From Synechococcus sp. (lineage in GTDB: Bacteria; Cyanobacteriota; Cyanobacteriia; PCC-6307; Cyanobiaceae), in the NCBI GenBank assembly GCA_047285535.1, contig JBJBDC010000001.1, positions 2,656,136-2,720,135 on the forward strand: a DNA stretch of 64,000 nt, in the 5' to 3' direction. Positions 21,851-31,271 of the stretch are shown piece by piece (the stretch's first letter is position 1; each line of letters begins with the position of its first letter). Under the pieces are notes generated by a model. That model searched no databases, was not told the origin of the DNA, and saw only the letters and a program-made list of their open reading frames with translations. Position numbers and translations under genes: made by a program.

Positions 21851-22351
21851 ATGATGCCTTTGCTTCGCTTCCTGTTGCTGCCGTTGAGGGCGCCACTGCT
21901 TCTTGTTCTGTTTGGTGTTGCTGTCTTCCTTGGTCACCATTGGTCGATTGAGAGCGCCCATCTGATTGCGTTTCGCCATGTGCCGCCCTCGTTGTTCTGG
22001 ACGGTGGAAGTGTTGCAATCACTCGTGATTGTGCTGATCTGCACCATGCCTGATCTCCTTCTCCGCCAGTTGTCTTTGTTGATGGCTTCCAGTCGAGTGC
22101 TCAGCCTTTTAGCCACTCTTCTTCTTGTCATTACGGTTGGACTTTATGTGCTCAGTCTGAGCTTGCTTTCTGATGTCCTGATTTTGGCGTCATCTACTTT
22201 GCTGGCACGACTTGATCTCACCCGGATCAAGGTTGTGCCTCCTCCTCAAGTCACGGCGTTTTGGCTGGCTGCGCTTGTTCTTGTGGGGATTTGGCTAGGC
22301 CAGGATCTGCCGAACCCCCTTGAGTCAGCTGTCGCATTGGTCAGGGCCTGA
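21851..22351 (+). CDS. Conserved hypothetical membrane protein
   Basis: Highly hydrophobic 166-aa ORF filling the gap between txlA and the lytic transglycosylase. Confidence 0.7.
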   Translation: MMPLLRFLLLPLRAPLLLVLFGVAVFLGHHWSIESAHLIAFRHVPPSLFWTVEVLQSLVIVLICTMPDLLLRQLSLLMASSRVLSLLATLLLVITVGLYVLSLSLLSDVLILASSTLLARLDLTRIKVVPPPQVTAFWLAALVLVGIWLGQDLPNPLESAVALVRA

Positions 22352-24406
22352 TCCAAGATATGCCCAGAGATTCCCCAGCACTTTTTTTGTGTACAAGCGC
22401 GTTTCTGGATAAGGGATCTGTTCAACCCATAGCTCTGGATCGTTCTTCAAAACAGGAGTGACCCATTTGCTGGCGGCTCCGGGACCAGCGTTGTAGCTGG
22501 CGACTGCCAACCAGATGTTCCCTTGCCATTGCTCCAACAGTTGAGCGATGTAGCGGGCGCCAAGCGATGCATTGAGTCTTGAATCCCGTAGCTGATCTTC
22601 GGTGAGGGGCCTGCCGGCTAACTCTTCAGCTGTTGGTGGCATCAGCTGCAACAGTCCAATCGCTCCTGCCGCTGAGCTCACGCCTGGAGAGAAGCGAGAT
22701 TCCTGCTTGGCGATTGCCCAAAGAAGCTCGTCTCGAACTGACTCCTTCCTTGAGGCGTTTTGGATCACAGTTGATAGAAGACGAGGATGCTGACTGCGGT
22801 GCAGAAGCTGACGAATCTTGCAGTTTTCATTCACTAACCTCAGGCTGGCTCGCCAAAGACGACTCAGGCCAGTCCATGAGTCTCCGACAGCCACCCGCAG
22901 ACGACCCTCGATGAGCTGCTTCTGCGGATTCGCGAATGAACCGGATTGAGGATGTTGGCTCCGCCAGGTTTCCCAAGCTTCTTGGGTTTGGCCAAGCCGC
23001 CATAGACGATCCACGAAGGGATCCCCACTCTGCAAAGGTTCCCATGGGGATTGCTCAGAGTCGCTTAGATCTGAGCCTTGAGAGGCACTTGCTTCATTGA
23101 GCGCCGGCAGATCATCTCCTCCCAGCCTCACTTCGGCGCGCCATGTGTAATACCCCCTGGGGTGGGTTTTGATCATCTGCTCCCAGAGTTGCATCGCCTT
23201 CGTTGCTTGGCCTTGTTTTGAAAGAGCTAGGCCTAGCCAAAACTGTTGCCGTGCGGCCAAGGGTTCCGGTAGATCTGAGGTGGGAATGGCCTGGAGAAGA
23301 GTTTCGGCTCTGTGCCATTGGTCGTTTAGAAGGGCCTCGCGGGCTAAATCCCATTGAAGTTGCCATGCGGCTGGATGGTTTGGCCAGCGCTTGAGGATGG
23401 GGAGAGCATTGCTCACTTCACCCAGTCGGACTCTGGCTGCTGCGACATCGGCGGAGCGCTCTTGCAGGGTTTGCGGCAGGGCATTGAGGAGATTGGAATC
23501 CGGTTTCAATGGTTCGCTCAGCAGCGATGCTGCTTTGAGTGCTGCCGGATCGTCCGGGTTGTTGATGGCTAGCTCAAGTAATTGCCGTTTTCCACGCTCC
23601 TGCTGTGCGTCGTTTCCACTTAGCAAGGCCTTCCCAATCGCTAATGCGCTGGCTGGAGTTGTGGGTGTGCCCTGTAGGCAAGCTTCCGCCGAGGTGACGT
23701 CGCCGATCCTTGCGAGTCCTTGGGCGAGCGTGAGGCGATCGTCTTTATTCAATCCTTCACCACTGAGCCTGTTGCAGGCCTCCCTGAGTTGAGCAGCAGC
23801 GCCTGGCCAACGCGCGCCCCAGCGGGCTAGATGCAAGGCAGCTTTTGCTTGCTTTGGTGAATTCGTTTCGGTTTCAGCCGCTGCGGCTAGCGCCGCTGGA
23901 TGTCCTGGTTGGCGTTCAAACAGTTCTCTGTGCAGGGATGGGTTTGCTTGTCCTAGTCGATAGCGCGCGTCGGCACTGGCTGCACTGTCACCAAAGCGTT
24001 GCAGCAAGTCTTGCCAATGTTGCTGTTCCTGTGAAAGATGCCCTAAGCGTGCGGCCGTCAAGGCCTGTTGTTTGAGAGTGACGGCGGCCAGTGGATCATT
24101 CCCCCAGCCCTGATTCGCAAGCAAGCGATGGGTTCGTTCCGCCGAGGCCGGGCTTCGAGCTGCAAGCAAGAGGGCAGCTTCACGTCGATCACTGGGGTTC
24201 ATCGACCAGCGGTACTTGTTCCACAGGGCTGAGTTGGAGAGGGCTGGTGTCAGTGGAGTGTGCCGCTGACGCAGCAACGACTGTCCGCTTAGGACAATCA
24301 CAATCGTGAGGAGTGGAATCCCCGCTAGGAGTAGAAGGCCTCGGGAGTGTTGAGCGGTCAAACCTCGGCAGGAGACTGGTGGCATTCTGTTCGCAGCCGA
24401 TGGCAT
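22325..24406 (-). CDS. Soluble lytic murein transglycosylase (Slt family)
   Basis: AIAKQESRF, SAAGAIGLLQLMPPTA, ASYNAGPG, IPYPETRLYTKKV; helical-repeat N-terminus. Confidence 0.93.
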   Translation of the reverse strand: MPSAANRMPPVSCRGLTAQHSRGLLLLAGIPLLTIVIVLSGQSLLRQRHTPLTPALSNSALWNKYRWSMNPSDRREAALLLAARSPASAERTHRLLANQGWGNDPLAAVTLKQQALTAARLGHLSQEQQHWQDLLQRFGDSAASADARYRLGQANPSLHRELFERQPGHPAALAAAAETETNSPKQAKAALHLARWGARWPGAAAQLREACNRLSGEGLNKDDRLTLAQGLARIGDVTSAEACLQGTPTTPASALAIGKALLSGNDAQQERGKRQLLELAINNPDDPAALKAASLLSEPLKPDSNLLNALPQTLQERSADVAAARVRLGEVSNALPILKRWPNHPAAWQLQWDLAREALLNDQWHRAETLLQAIPTSDLPEPLAARQQFWLGLALSKQGQATKAMQLWEQMIKTHPRGYYTWRAEVRLGGDDLPALNEASASQGSDLSDSEQSPWEPLQSGDPFVDRLWRLGQTQEAWETWRSQHPQSGSFANPQKQLIEGRLRVAVGDSWTGLSRLWRASLRLVNENCKIRQLLHRSQHPRLLSTVIQNASRKESVRDELLWAIAKQESRFSPGVSSAAGAIGLLQLMPPTAEELAGRPLTEDQLRDSRLNASLGARYIAQLLEQWQGNIWLAVASYNAGPGAASKWVTPVLKNDPELWVEQIPYPETRLYTKKVLGNLWAYLGSGPDQCDS

Positions 24407-24410
24407 TGGG

Positions 24411-24614
24411 ATGGCAAAAGGACAGGGCTCGCAGCGCCCGGGAAGCAGGCAACGTCTCCGCTGTGCGATTGCCGCTTGTCTCGCTTTGCTGATCTGGGGT
24501 CTGCGTTGGCTTTGGCCATTTCAGCTCATTCCTGGTTGGCTGGTGGCAGCAGGGTTGGTTTGGGCGTTGCTCGAACTCACAGCTCTTTTGTTGGTTCCTC
24601 GCCGTTGGCATTGA
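24411..24614 (+). CDS. Small hypothetical membrane protein
   Basis: 67 aa with two hydrophobic segments, ends PRRWH. Confidence 0.55.
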   Translation: MAKGQGSQRPGSRQRLRCAIAACLALLIWGLRWLWPFQLIPGWLVAAGLVWALLELTALLLVPRRWH

Positions 24615-24679
24615 GCTCCTGCATTTCACTCAGGCTTCCCAGCGTTTCAGCCTAAAGTTCGGGCCACATTTGAGACGTC

Positions 24680-26071
24680 ATGGCTGAAGCCGAAATCCAG
24701 CCGTTGGGGCCTTTCCTGAAGCCATCACAGATCAGCTTTGGAACCGACGGATTGCGTGGTCGGGTCTCCACGCTTCTGACTCCTGCTTTGGCCCTTCAGG
24801 TGGGTTATTGGTGCGGACGCGTGCTTCAGGCTGAGGGTCCTGTGCTGATCGGCATGGATTCGCGCAGCAGTGGCAGCATGCTGGTGGCTGCTCTCACCGC
24901 TGGCTTGACGGCTTCTGGCAGGGAGGTGTGGACCTTGGGCCTATGTCCCACGCCTGCCGTGCCGGGATTGATTCGCCACTACGCAGCCGCTGGGGGCCTG
25001 ATGGTTTCGGCAAGCCACAACCCTCCTGAGGACAATGGGATCAAGGTGTTTGGCGCCAGTGGTAACAAGGTGTCTCCTGAACGTCAGCTGGCGATTGAAG
25101 CCGGTCTTTGCGGGACGTCTGAATCAGGGACCGAGTTGGCTGCATCGGGTTTCACTCACCATCGCCCTGAGCTGTTAGATCACTACCGCTCCAAGTTGTT
25201 GTCCAGCGTTGGGCAGCATCGACTCGATGGGGTACCCATCGTGTTGGATCTTTGTTGGGGTTCGGCGACAGCCTGTGGAGCTGAAGTGTTTTCTGCTCTT
25301 GGCGCCGATCTCACTGTGTTGCATGGCGATCCCGATGGGACCAGGATCAATGTGAATTGCGGATCCACTCATCTTGAGCCTCTGCGCCGTGCGGTGATCG
25401 AGAAGGGCGCAGTCATGGGCTTTGCCTTCGATGGAGATGCAGATCGAATGCTGGCGGTTGATGGCCAAGGCCGGGTGGTGGATGGCGACCACGTTCTGTA
25501 CCTTTGGGGCTCGGTATTGCAGGAGAAGGGGCAGCTGCCTGAACAGCGCTTGGTGGCCACAGTGATGTCCAATCTGGGTTTTGAGCGTGCTTGGCAGGAA
25601 CGTGGTGGTCTGCTGGATCGGACACCGGTGGGAGACCAGCATGTGCATGCAGAGATGGTTCGCACGGGTGCAGCGCTTGGTGGAGAACAGTCGGGTCACA
25701 TCCTTTCTTCGGCCCATGGTTTGGCAGGTGATGGTGTCTTGACCGCTCTTCAGCTCGCAACCCTCTGCCATGCCCAGCAACTCTCCTTATCCGAGTGGGT
25801 GGATCAGAGTTTTCAGGCCTATCCCCAGAAACTGGTGAACATCCGCGTTGAGGACCGCACTCTTCGAAAGGCTTGGACGGATTGCGCTCCTCTTAAGGCC
25901 TTGGTTCAAGAGGCTGAGACCTCGATGGCTAAGGATGGCCGAGTGCTTGTGCGGGCAAGTGGTACGGAACCGCTGCTGCGCGTGATGGTTGAGGCTGTTG
26001 ATCAAGCCGTTGTCGATCACTGGACCTCCCGCTTGGCGGGAGCCGCAGAGGAGTATCTCAACGCCTCTTGA
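24680..26071 (+). CDS. glmM: Phosphoglucosamine mutase
   Basis: FGTDGLRG, SASHNP, FDGDADR, GGEQSGH, VRASGTEP. Confidence 0.96.
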   Translation: MAEAEIQPLGPFLKPSQISFGTDGLRGRVSTLLTPALALQVGYWCGRVLQAEGPVLIGMDSRSSGSMLVAALTAGLTASGREVWTLGLCPTPAVPGLIRHYAAAGGLMVSASHNPPEDNGIKVFGASGNKVSPERQLAIEAGLCGTSESGTELAASGFTHHRPELLDHYRSKLLSSVGQHRLDGVPIVLDLCWGSATACGAEVFSALGADLTVLHGDPDGTRINVNCGSTHLEPLRRAVIEKGAVMGFAFDGDADRMLAVDGQGRVVDGDHVLYLWGSVLQEKGQLPEQRLVATVMSNLGFERAWQERGGLLDRTPVGDQHVHAEMVRTGAALGGEQSGHILSSAHGLAGDGVLTALQLATLCHAQQLSLSEWVDQSFQAYPQKLVNIRVEDRTLRKAWTDCAPLKALVQEAETSMAKDGRVLVRASGTEPLLRVMVEAVDQAVVDHWTSRLAGAAEEYLNAS

Positions 26072-27002
26072 TCAGTAGTTCGAGGGCCAGAGTGAGTGCT
26101 CCAGAGCAGGCATCACCACTACGGTCCTCCCAGCGTGCATCCACCCGGCGACGGCATAGGGATGATTGCACGGCCTTTTGAAGTGGCATCAGATTCAGCA
26201 ATGCTCCGCCTCTGGCGCAGAGCACTGGTTTGGTGAGACCAAGGGATGAAGCCACAGATTGAGCGGCTTCCGCAAGGGCATCACCCGAGCGGTTGACAAT
26301 GGCCGCGGCCTGAACATTGCCGGCATCGGCGGCGGCGGACACGATTGGCGCCAGTTGGGCTAGCTGGGCTGGTTGGTAATCGGGATGTACGACGAAGGCC
26401 TTGATGTCTGCGGCTGTGCGGCAGCCAAGGACTTGCCACAACTGTTTGCGAAGTGGTCCATCTGGGAGGCGACCATCGGCCATGCGCAGGCTGAGTTGCA
26501 GACCCTGATGGCCAATATCGAAGGCCGCTCCTGCTCCGTCGAGTTTCCATCCCCAACCTCCACAGCGTTGTTCAAGGCCGCTGTCGTTGCGTCCAATCAC
26601 GATCATCCCTGTGCCACTGATCAGTACAACGCCGGCATCATTGGGGAATGCTCCTCGCAGGGCGGTACGTTCGTCTCCAGTGGCGATGCAATTCTCCTTT
26701 GGCAGCCTCAAGCTGGTTGCCAACAGATCTCTAGCGAGGCTCTGAAGCGCTGTGCCGTGTTCCACGCCGCTGGCGCCAACGGCAGCAGCGGTGATTTCCA
26801 GCCCGCTCGGATTTGCTGATCTCATGCTGGTGCGAATGGCCTCAAGGAATCGTGTCTCCCCCCCTCTGGCTTGTAGATGGCAGACGCTACTGCCCTTGCC
26901 CTCGCTGAGAGAGTGCCAGTTCCCGTTGTGCCATCGGCTCAGCCTGCAGCGGCAATGGGTCTGCCCAGCATCAAAGCCAGCCAGAATCAGAGCTTGATTC
27001 AT
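26058..27002 (-). CDS. BadF/BadG/BcrA/BcrD ATPase; N-acetylglucosamine kinase-like
   Basis: GFDAGQT, LISGTG, RCGGWGWKLDGAG. Confidence 0.85.
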   Translation of the reverse strand: MNQALILAGFDAGQTHCRCRLSRWHNGNWHSLSEGKGSSVCHLQARGGETRFLEAIRTSMRSANPSGLEITAAAVGASGVEHGTALQSLARDLLATSLRLPKENCIATGDERTALRGAFPNDAGVVLISGTGMIVIGRNDSGLEQRCGGWGWKLDGAGAAFDIGHQGLQLSLRMADGRLPDGPLRKQLWQVLGCRTAADIKAFVVHPDYQPAQLAQLAPIVSAAADAGNVQAAAIVNRSGDALAEAAQSVASSLGLTKPVLCARGGALLNLMPLQKAVQSSLCRRRVDARWEDRSGDACSGALTLALELLIKRR

Positions 27003-28309
27003 GGGTTGATCTGCTGGCTGTGGTTGGCTTGGTTCAGGGTTGCCAGGCAAAACCAACCAATGATTTGAACTTCTGGTCGGAAGAAAATGGTGTCTGTAGC
27101 GCCTTGAAGCAGCAGTCCGGCGATTGCCGCCAGGCAGGCAAGCCAGGGGAGAGCGAGGGAAGCTTCAGAGCGCAAAGCGTTGAGTCCACTGCGAATACTG
27201 GCTCCGGCCAATCCAAGAGCGGCGATCAGGCCTGGGATGCCTGTTTCAACAAGGAGTTCCAGAGGAACTGAATAGGCACTCAGGGCGTTGAACTTGGGCT
27301 GTTGGTAGAGGGGATAGACGGCGTTAAATGCGGCGTTTCCGGGTCCAATACCAAGCCATGGCCGGTCTTGAATCATCTCGATCGCTGCTAGCCACACGTT
27401 GATGCGGAAGTTGTTGGAGCTATCTCCTCGGCCAGCCAGAAGGCTTAAAACTCGCGTGCGGATTGGATCTACCTGCGTTACCGCAATCGCTAACAGCACG
27501 CCGGCCAAGAGGAACAATGCGATTGGAACGAGTCGCCGCCAAACTCTTGGCCAGCTGCGGATGGCTCGTAAGACGAGCAGCAGCAACAGCACGCCAAGGG
27601 CAGCCAGCATGCCGAGCCACCCACCGCGGCTGTAACTGAAGAATGTGGCAGTCGCTCCTAACAGCAGAGCGACTGCTGCATAGCAGCGTGATCCCCAGCT
27701 GCGCCATCGGATCAAAGCGACAAGTGCTAAGGGCAGAATTGGTATCAGATATCCCGCCAATAGATTGGGGTTTCCCAGTGGCCCGTAGATTCTGATTGTG
27801 CCCGCATTGATGGAGTTGGGATCGGCCCAGCGCGCCAGCTCCTCGGTTGGTCCGTAGAGCTGACGCAAGGCCATCACACTGCTGATCAATTCGCCGCCGA
27901 GCAGGGCGGCGACAAGTCGGTTCCACCACTCGGGGCGTGCGGACAGCAACTTTCGCATCAGCGCATAAACACCGAGGTAACTGAGCAGCTTGATCAGGCC
28001 TTTGGCTGCTGCGGCAGGCACCGGAGAGAATCCTGTAGCGAGTACTGCGATACCTAAAAACAGGAGAAGCCATGCGCTGATTGCACTGATCTCTTGAGGT
28101 TGGCTCACGCTGGACCAGAGAATCCACAGAGCTCCGCATGCCAGAACCACAAGCCCTAAGCCCGTGCGGCTGAGCAGGGGAAGTCCTGCGAGCAAAATCA
28201 TGAGGAGGATGCTTGCCCACCAGCTGAGGCGCTGGAGTTGTTGATCACTGGCAGGAATGAGGCCTTGCCAGCGCAGCAAAAGTGGAGGTGGGGCTGAAGC
28301 CTCATCCAT
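26999..28309 (-). CDS. ictB: IctB family protein (O-antigen ligase/polymerase-like)
   Basis: [47 protein letters not shown]. Confidence 0.93.
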   Translation of the reverse strand: MDEASAPPPLLLRWQGLIPASDQQLQRLSWWASILLMILLAGLPLLSRTGLGLVVLACGALWILWSSVSQPQEISAISAWLLLFLGIAVLATGFSPVPAAAAKGLIKLLSYLGVYALMRKLLSARPEWWNRLVAALLGGELISSVMALRQLYGPTEELARWADPNSINAGTIRIYGPLGNPNLLAGYLIPILPLALVALIRWRSWGSRCYAAVALLLGATATFFSYSRGGWLGMLAALGVLLLLLVLRAIRSWPRVWRRLVPIALFLLAGVLLAIAVTQVDPIRTRVLSLLAGRGDSSNNFRINVWLAAIEMIQDRPWLGIGPGNAAFNAVYPLYQQPKFNALSAYSVPLELLVETGIPGLIAALGLAGASIRSGLNALRSEASLALPWLACLAAIAGLLLQGATDTIFFRPEVQIIGWFCLATLNQANHSQQINP

Positions 28310-29015
28310 GAGGTGTTAGTGCAGCAGCTTTTGAATTATCGACCTCATGCCATGCCATCTCGAGATCCCTTAATGGAGGGAGGGCCGTCAGATTGCGCTC
28401 AAAAAGTATGCGGTAGGTCTTCAGTCCATGCTTTTGGACATAGCGCTCTCGTTCTGTTGCTACGGGCAATGGGTTGTCGATGAGCCAAGGCAGGTGATCG
28501 TCTTGTGGGCGTAGAAAGCAGCTGGAGAGTTGAATGAGGGTCACCATGGGCTCAATGACTGCCAACACATCACTCTGTAGAAATAATTGCCGCCCGGGAT
28601 GGAGAGCTGAAGCGATGGCGAGCAAAAGTGCTGGTTGGAGAACTCTGCGCTTGCGATGTCTCTGCTTAAACCATGGGTCGGGGAACTGAATGCTCACCAA
28701 GTGCAATTGGTCTGGATGCAGAGCTTTCAGCCAATCTTCAAGGCTGATATTCGCGTTGCAAAATAAAAAATGAAGATTGTTTTGTTGGTGCCGGTCACGA
28801 TCGCGTTGGGCGGCTTGAACGAGGGGACGGCGGATCTCAACTCCAAGATGATTTCGCTGCGGTTGCATCGCTGCGAGCTCTAAGAGAAACAATCCTCGAG
28901 CAGAGCCAATGTCCAAATGGATTGGCAAGTTGGGATTCTCGAAAAGATCACAAGGTGGTGGTAGATCTAGCGGCAACTGAAAGAAGCGGCTAAGTGGATT
29001 GACGTGCTGGCGCAT
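28302..29015 (-). CDS. trmB: tRNA (guanine-N7)-methyltransferase
   Basis: [37 protein letters not shown]. Confidence 0.96.
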   Translation of the reverse strand: MRQHVNPLSRFFQLPLDLPPPCDLFENPNLPIHLDIGSARGLFLLELAAMQPQRNHLGVEIRRPLVQAAQRDRDRHQQNNLHFLFCNANISLEDWLKALHPDQLHLVSIQFPDPWFKQRHRKRRVLQPALLLAIASALHPGRQLFLQSDVLAVIEPMVTLIQLSSCFLRPQDDHLPWLIDNPLPVATERERYVQKHGLKTYRILFERNLTALPPLRDLEMAWHEVDNSKAAALTPHG

Positions 29016-30274
29016 CAGTCGTCAGAGGATTCCGGAAGCGGCTCATGGCGGAGTAAACCCCAGCAGGCGGTGTATCCATGCAGATAAGTGTTGTTGCTCA
29101 AAGGACCGATTTCGCCATTACAGAACGCGCCAGCGATTGGAAGATTAGGAAGCACATCGCGAGCGATCGAAATATCGCCGTTCGCTTCTCCAAATAGACC
29201 GCTACCCCTGCCAAGGCATGCGAAGAGCAACCCGCAGAGCGGTGGGGATAACGGGCTACGTTTTTTGCTGGCTTCCAGCAGCTGCCGTGCCTCCAGTCGT
29301 GATGATTGCGCTTCTCTGAGCTGGAACTGCACGTGTTGGCCTGGGCGCACCCTTTCAGCTACTGCGACAGCACCATTGCGTGGGTCGACCCCGATGAGAT
29401 TGCGCACCAGAAAGTCACTAGGGCACTCCTGCATGAGATTGCGACGCTCCACGCCAAGGAAGAGGGAGTGTTGTACGAGCTCTCGGTCTTCAGCATTGAG
29501 GTCGGCAAGCACCCGCTGTAAGCAGGCCACAGGAGTGTCGCGGCGATTGCCATCGCTGAGTTCCAGCAAGACGTTGCGTTGTGCTTGTTCGATCGCAAAC
29601 ACAGGTCCAATCGGTCGGCAGCCCTGGGCAATGACTGGATCTAAAAACCATTCACCTCCAATGCTCATACCAACAGCACCGTTGATGACATGTCCATCAA
29701 TGAGCAGGGAGCCGTGGGTTGCGTTGTGGGGTGCGGCAATTCCTCCGAGAATCGCTGCATTGGGATAGGCGTAATCCAGTCCGCTGATCAGATCATTAAT
29801 CACTCCACAACTGGGGTCGATGAACAGCAATAAGGAACGTGTGTCAGCAGGGTCAATGTCAACCCAATCTTGCCAGTGTTGCAGTGGGCCATCGAGATCC
29901 GGCAGATTCTCGGTATTCAGTTGAAAGGGGTTCAGTCGAGCCCCGGGGAGATTGAGGAACGTGATGCTGAGGGCTGTGGTCTGTTCCAGCTCCTGAGATT
30001 GTCCAGAACTATCAGTTCCGACCACCCCTCCTGCAACAAAGCCGATCCAGTGTTTGGACTGGAGTCGTTTGCATAAGAGCGAATGCAGACGCGGAAGGTC
30101 ACTCGCGAAATGGCTGGAGACAAAAAACAGCGCTAAGTCGGCTTTCTCCGAGCCGAGTTGGTTGGTGACATCTTTTGTCGCCTCTTCAAGGGACGAACAG
30201 CAACTGAGTGCTGTTCGGCACTTGGCTCGGGTTCCGGAACCTCGGAACCAGGCGAGGGGGTTGAACGGAACCAT
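29015..30274 (-). CDS. FIST N/C domain protein
   Basis: [41 protein letters not shown]. Confidence 0.92.
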   Translation of the reverse strand: MVPFNPLAWFRGSGTRAKCRTALSCCSSLEEATKDVTNQLGSEKADLALFFVSSHFASDLPRLHSLLCKRLQSKHWIGFVAGGVVGTDSSGQSQELEQTTALSITFLNLPGARLNPFQLNTENLPDLDGPLQHWQDWVDIDPADTRSLLLFIDPSCGVINDLISGLDYAYPNAAILGGIAAPHNATHGSLLIDGHVINGAVGMSIGGEWFLDPVIAQGCRPIGPVFAIEQAQRNVLLELSDGNRRDTPVACLQRVLADLNAEDRELVQHSLFLGVERRNLMQECPSDFLVRNLIGVDPRNGAVAVAERVRPGQHVQFQLREAQSSRLEARQLLEASKKRSPLSPPLCGLLFACLGRGSGLFGEANGDISIARDVLPNLPIAGAFCNGEIGPLSNNTYLHGYTACWGLLRHEPLPESSDD

Positions 30275-30344
30275 GTTGAGGACCTTACCAATCTTGAGGG
30301 CTAGGTCGATGGCATCGATAATGGCCCCTTCTCGAACCTGCCTG

Positions 30345-30956
30345 GTGCCTGATCTCCCCTATCGCAATTTGGTTTGGCTTACGTATCGATTAGGAGCAAC
30401 CTTCGCTTTTGGGGTTCCGTTGGTATTACTGATCTGGGCAGGGGTCCGGCGTGAGCCAGCCATGGTGAGGCTGTTGGGTCTGTATTGGAAGGTGGCCAGC
30501 CTGCTTCCAATCAGTGTTTTGCTCCTCACCGATCGACGTCCGATCGGATATGTCACTGCTTTTTTGGCTCCTCTGCTGATGGCGGTTTCGGTTTGGTTCT
30601 GGGTGGATCTCAATGAAGAACTGGCCGACAGTGCTCCTGGCAGTGCTCTTCCCCTGACCATTCGAATCTGGCGCTGGGCTCTCAGCGGATTCGCCCTGTT
30701 TGCCGCTGGGATGTCGGCAACAGCGTTGCGCTGCGCCGAGCACTTAAGCGGTACTGATTGCCTGGCATGGTTGGAAGGTCCCCAGGGTCTGCATCGCGTG
30801 GCGGAGCGATTGTTCGACTTTGTGTTTGGAGGTCAGTGGAGCGTGGCGGTTGCAGCGTTCATTGGCTATGTGGCTTTAGTGGCTTATGTGGTGGGATTCC
30901 TTCAGTGGCTTTTGGTGCGGCTGCCGCGTCAGGGAAGGGTGGCTGGTGAGTTCTGA
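30345..30956 (+). CDS. DUF3177 family membrane protein
   Basis: LVWLTYRLGATFA..PLVLLIWA..YWKVASLL..WFWVDLNEEL; GTG start inferred. Confidence 0.85.
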   Translation: MPDLPYRNLVWLTYRLGATFAFGVPLVLLIWAGVRREPAMVRLLGLYWKVASLLPISVLLLTDRRPIGYVTAFLAPLLMAVSVWFWVDLNEELADSAPGSALPLTIRIWRWALSGFALFAAGMSATALRCAEHLSGTDCLAWLEGPQGLHRVAERLFDFVFGGQWSVAVAAFIGYVALVAYVVGFLQWLLVRLPRQGRVAGEF

Positions 30957-31257
30957 TGCGTTGTTATCTGTCCTCGAGACGATCAGTCGTGATTGGCCAG
31001 ATCGTGTCCTGCGGTTACGAGGAACAGTGCAGTCAGCAGATTGTGTTGCTGAAGCGCTGGAGATCCTGATTTTTCGAGGTTTTAGTAGCTGCACCACCCA
31101 TCCAACAGACTTTGATCCGGACCGAACCGTGCTTCCTGATGGAGCCATGGTCGAAACCGCTGAATTGCTACGCGGGCCCCTGAATCCACAGCAGGAGGAG
31201 AGTTTGACCGGCCCACTTCCTGCACAGGCCTTGATGGACGTTGATGCTTGGCTCTGA
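30946..31257 (+). CDS. Conserved cyanobacterial hypothetical protein
   Basis: LIFRGFSSCTTHPTDFDPD..VLP..RGPLNP motif; GTG start overlaps the upstream stop. Confidence 0.75.
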   Translation: MSSDALLSVLETISRDWPDRVLRLRGTVQSADCVAEALEILIFRGFSSCTTHPTDFDPDRTVLPDGAMVETAELLRGPLNPQQEESLTGPLPAQALMDVDAWL

Positions 31258-31271
31258 GTGAATGCTGTTGA

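Noticed and set aside
21729..22022. N-terminal extension of the thioredoxin-like ORF to 279 aa
   Set aside because: It overlaps the opposite-strand membrane gene; ATG 21728 gives a normal TxlA-size protein.
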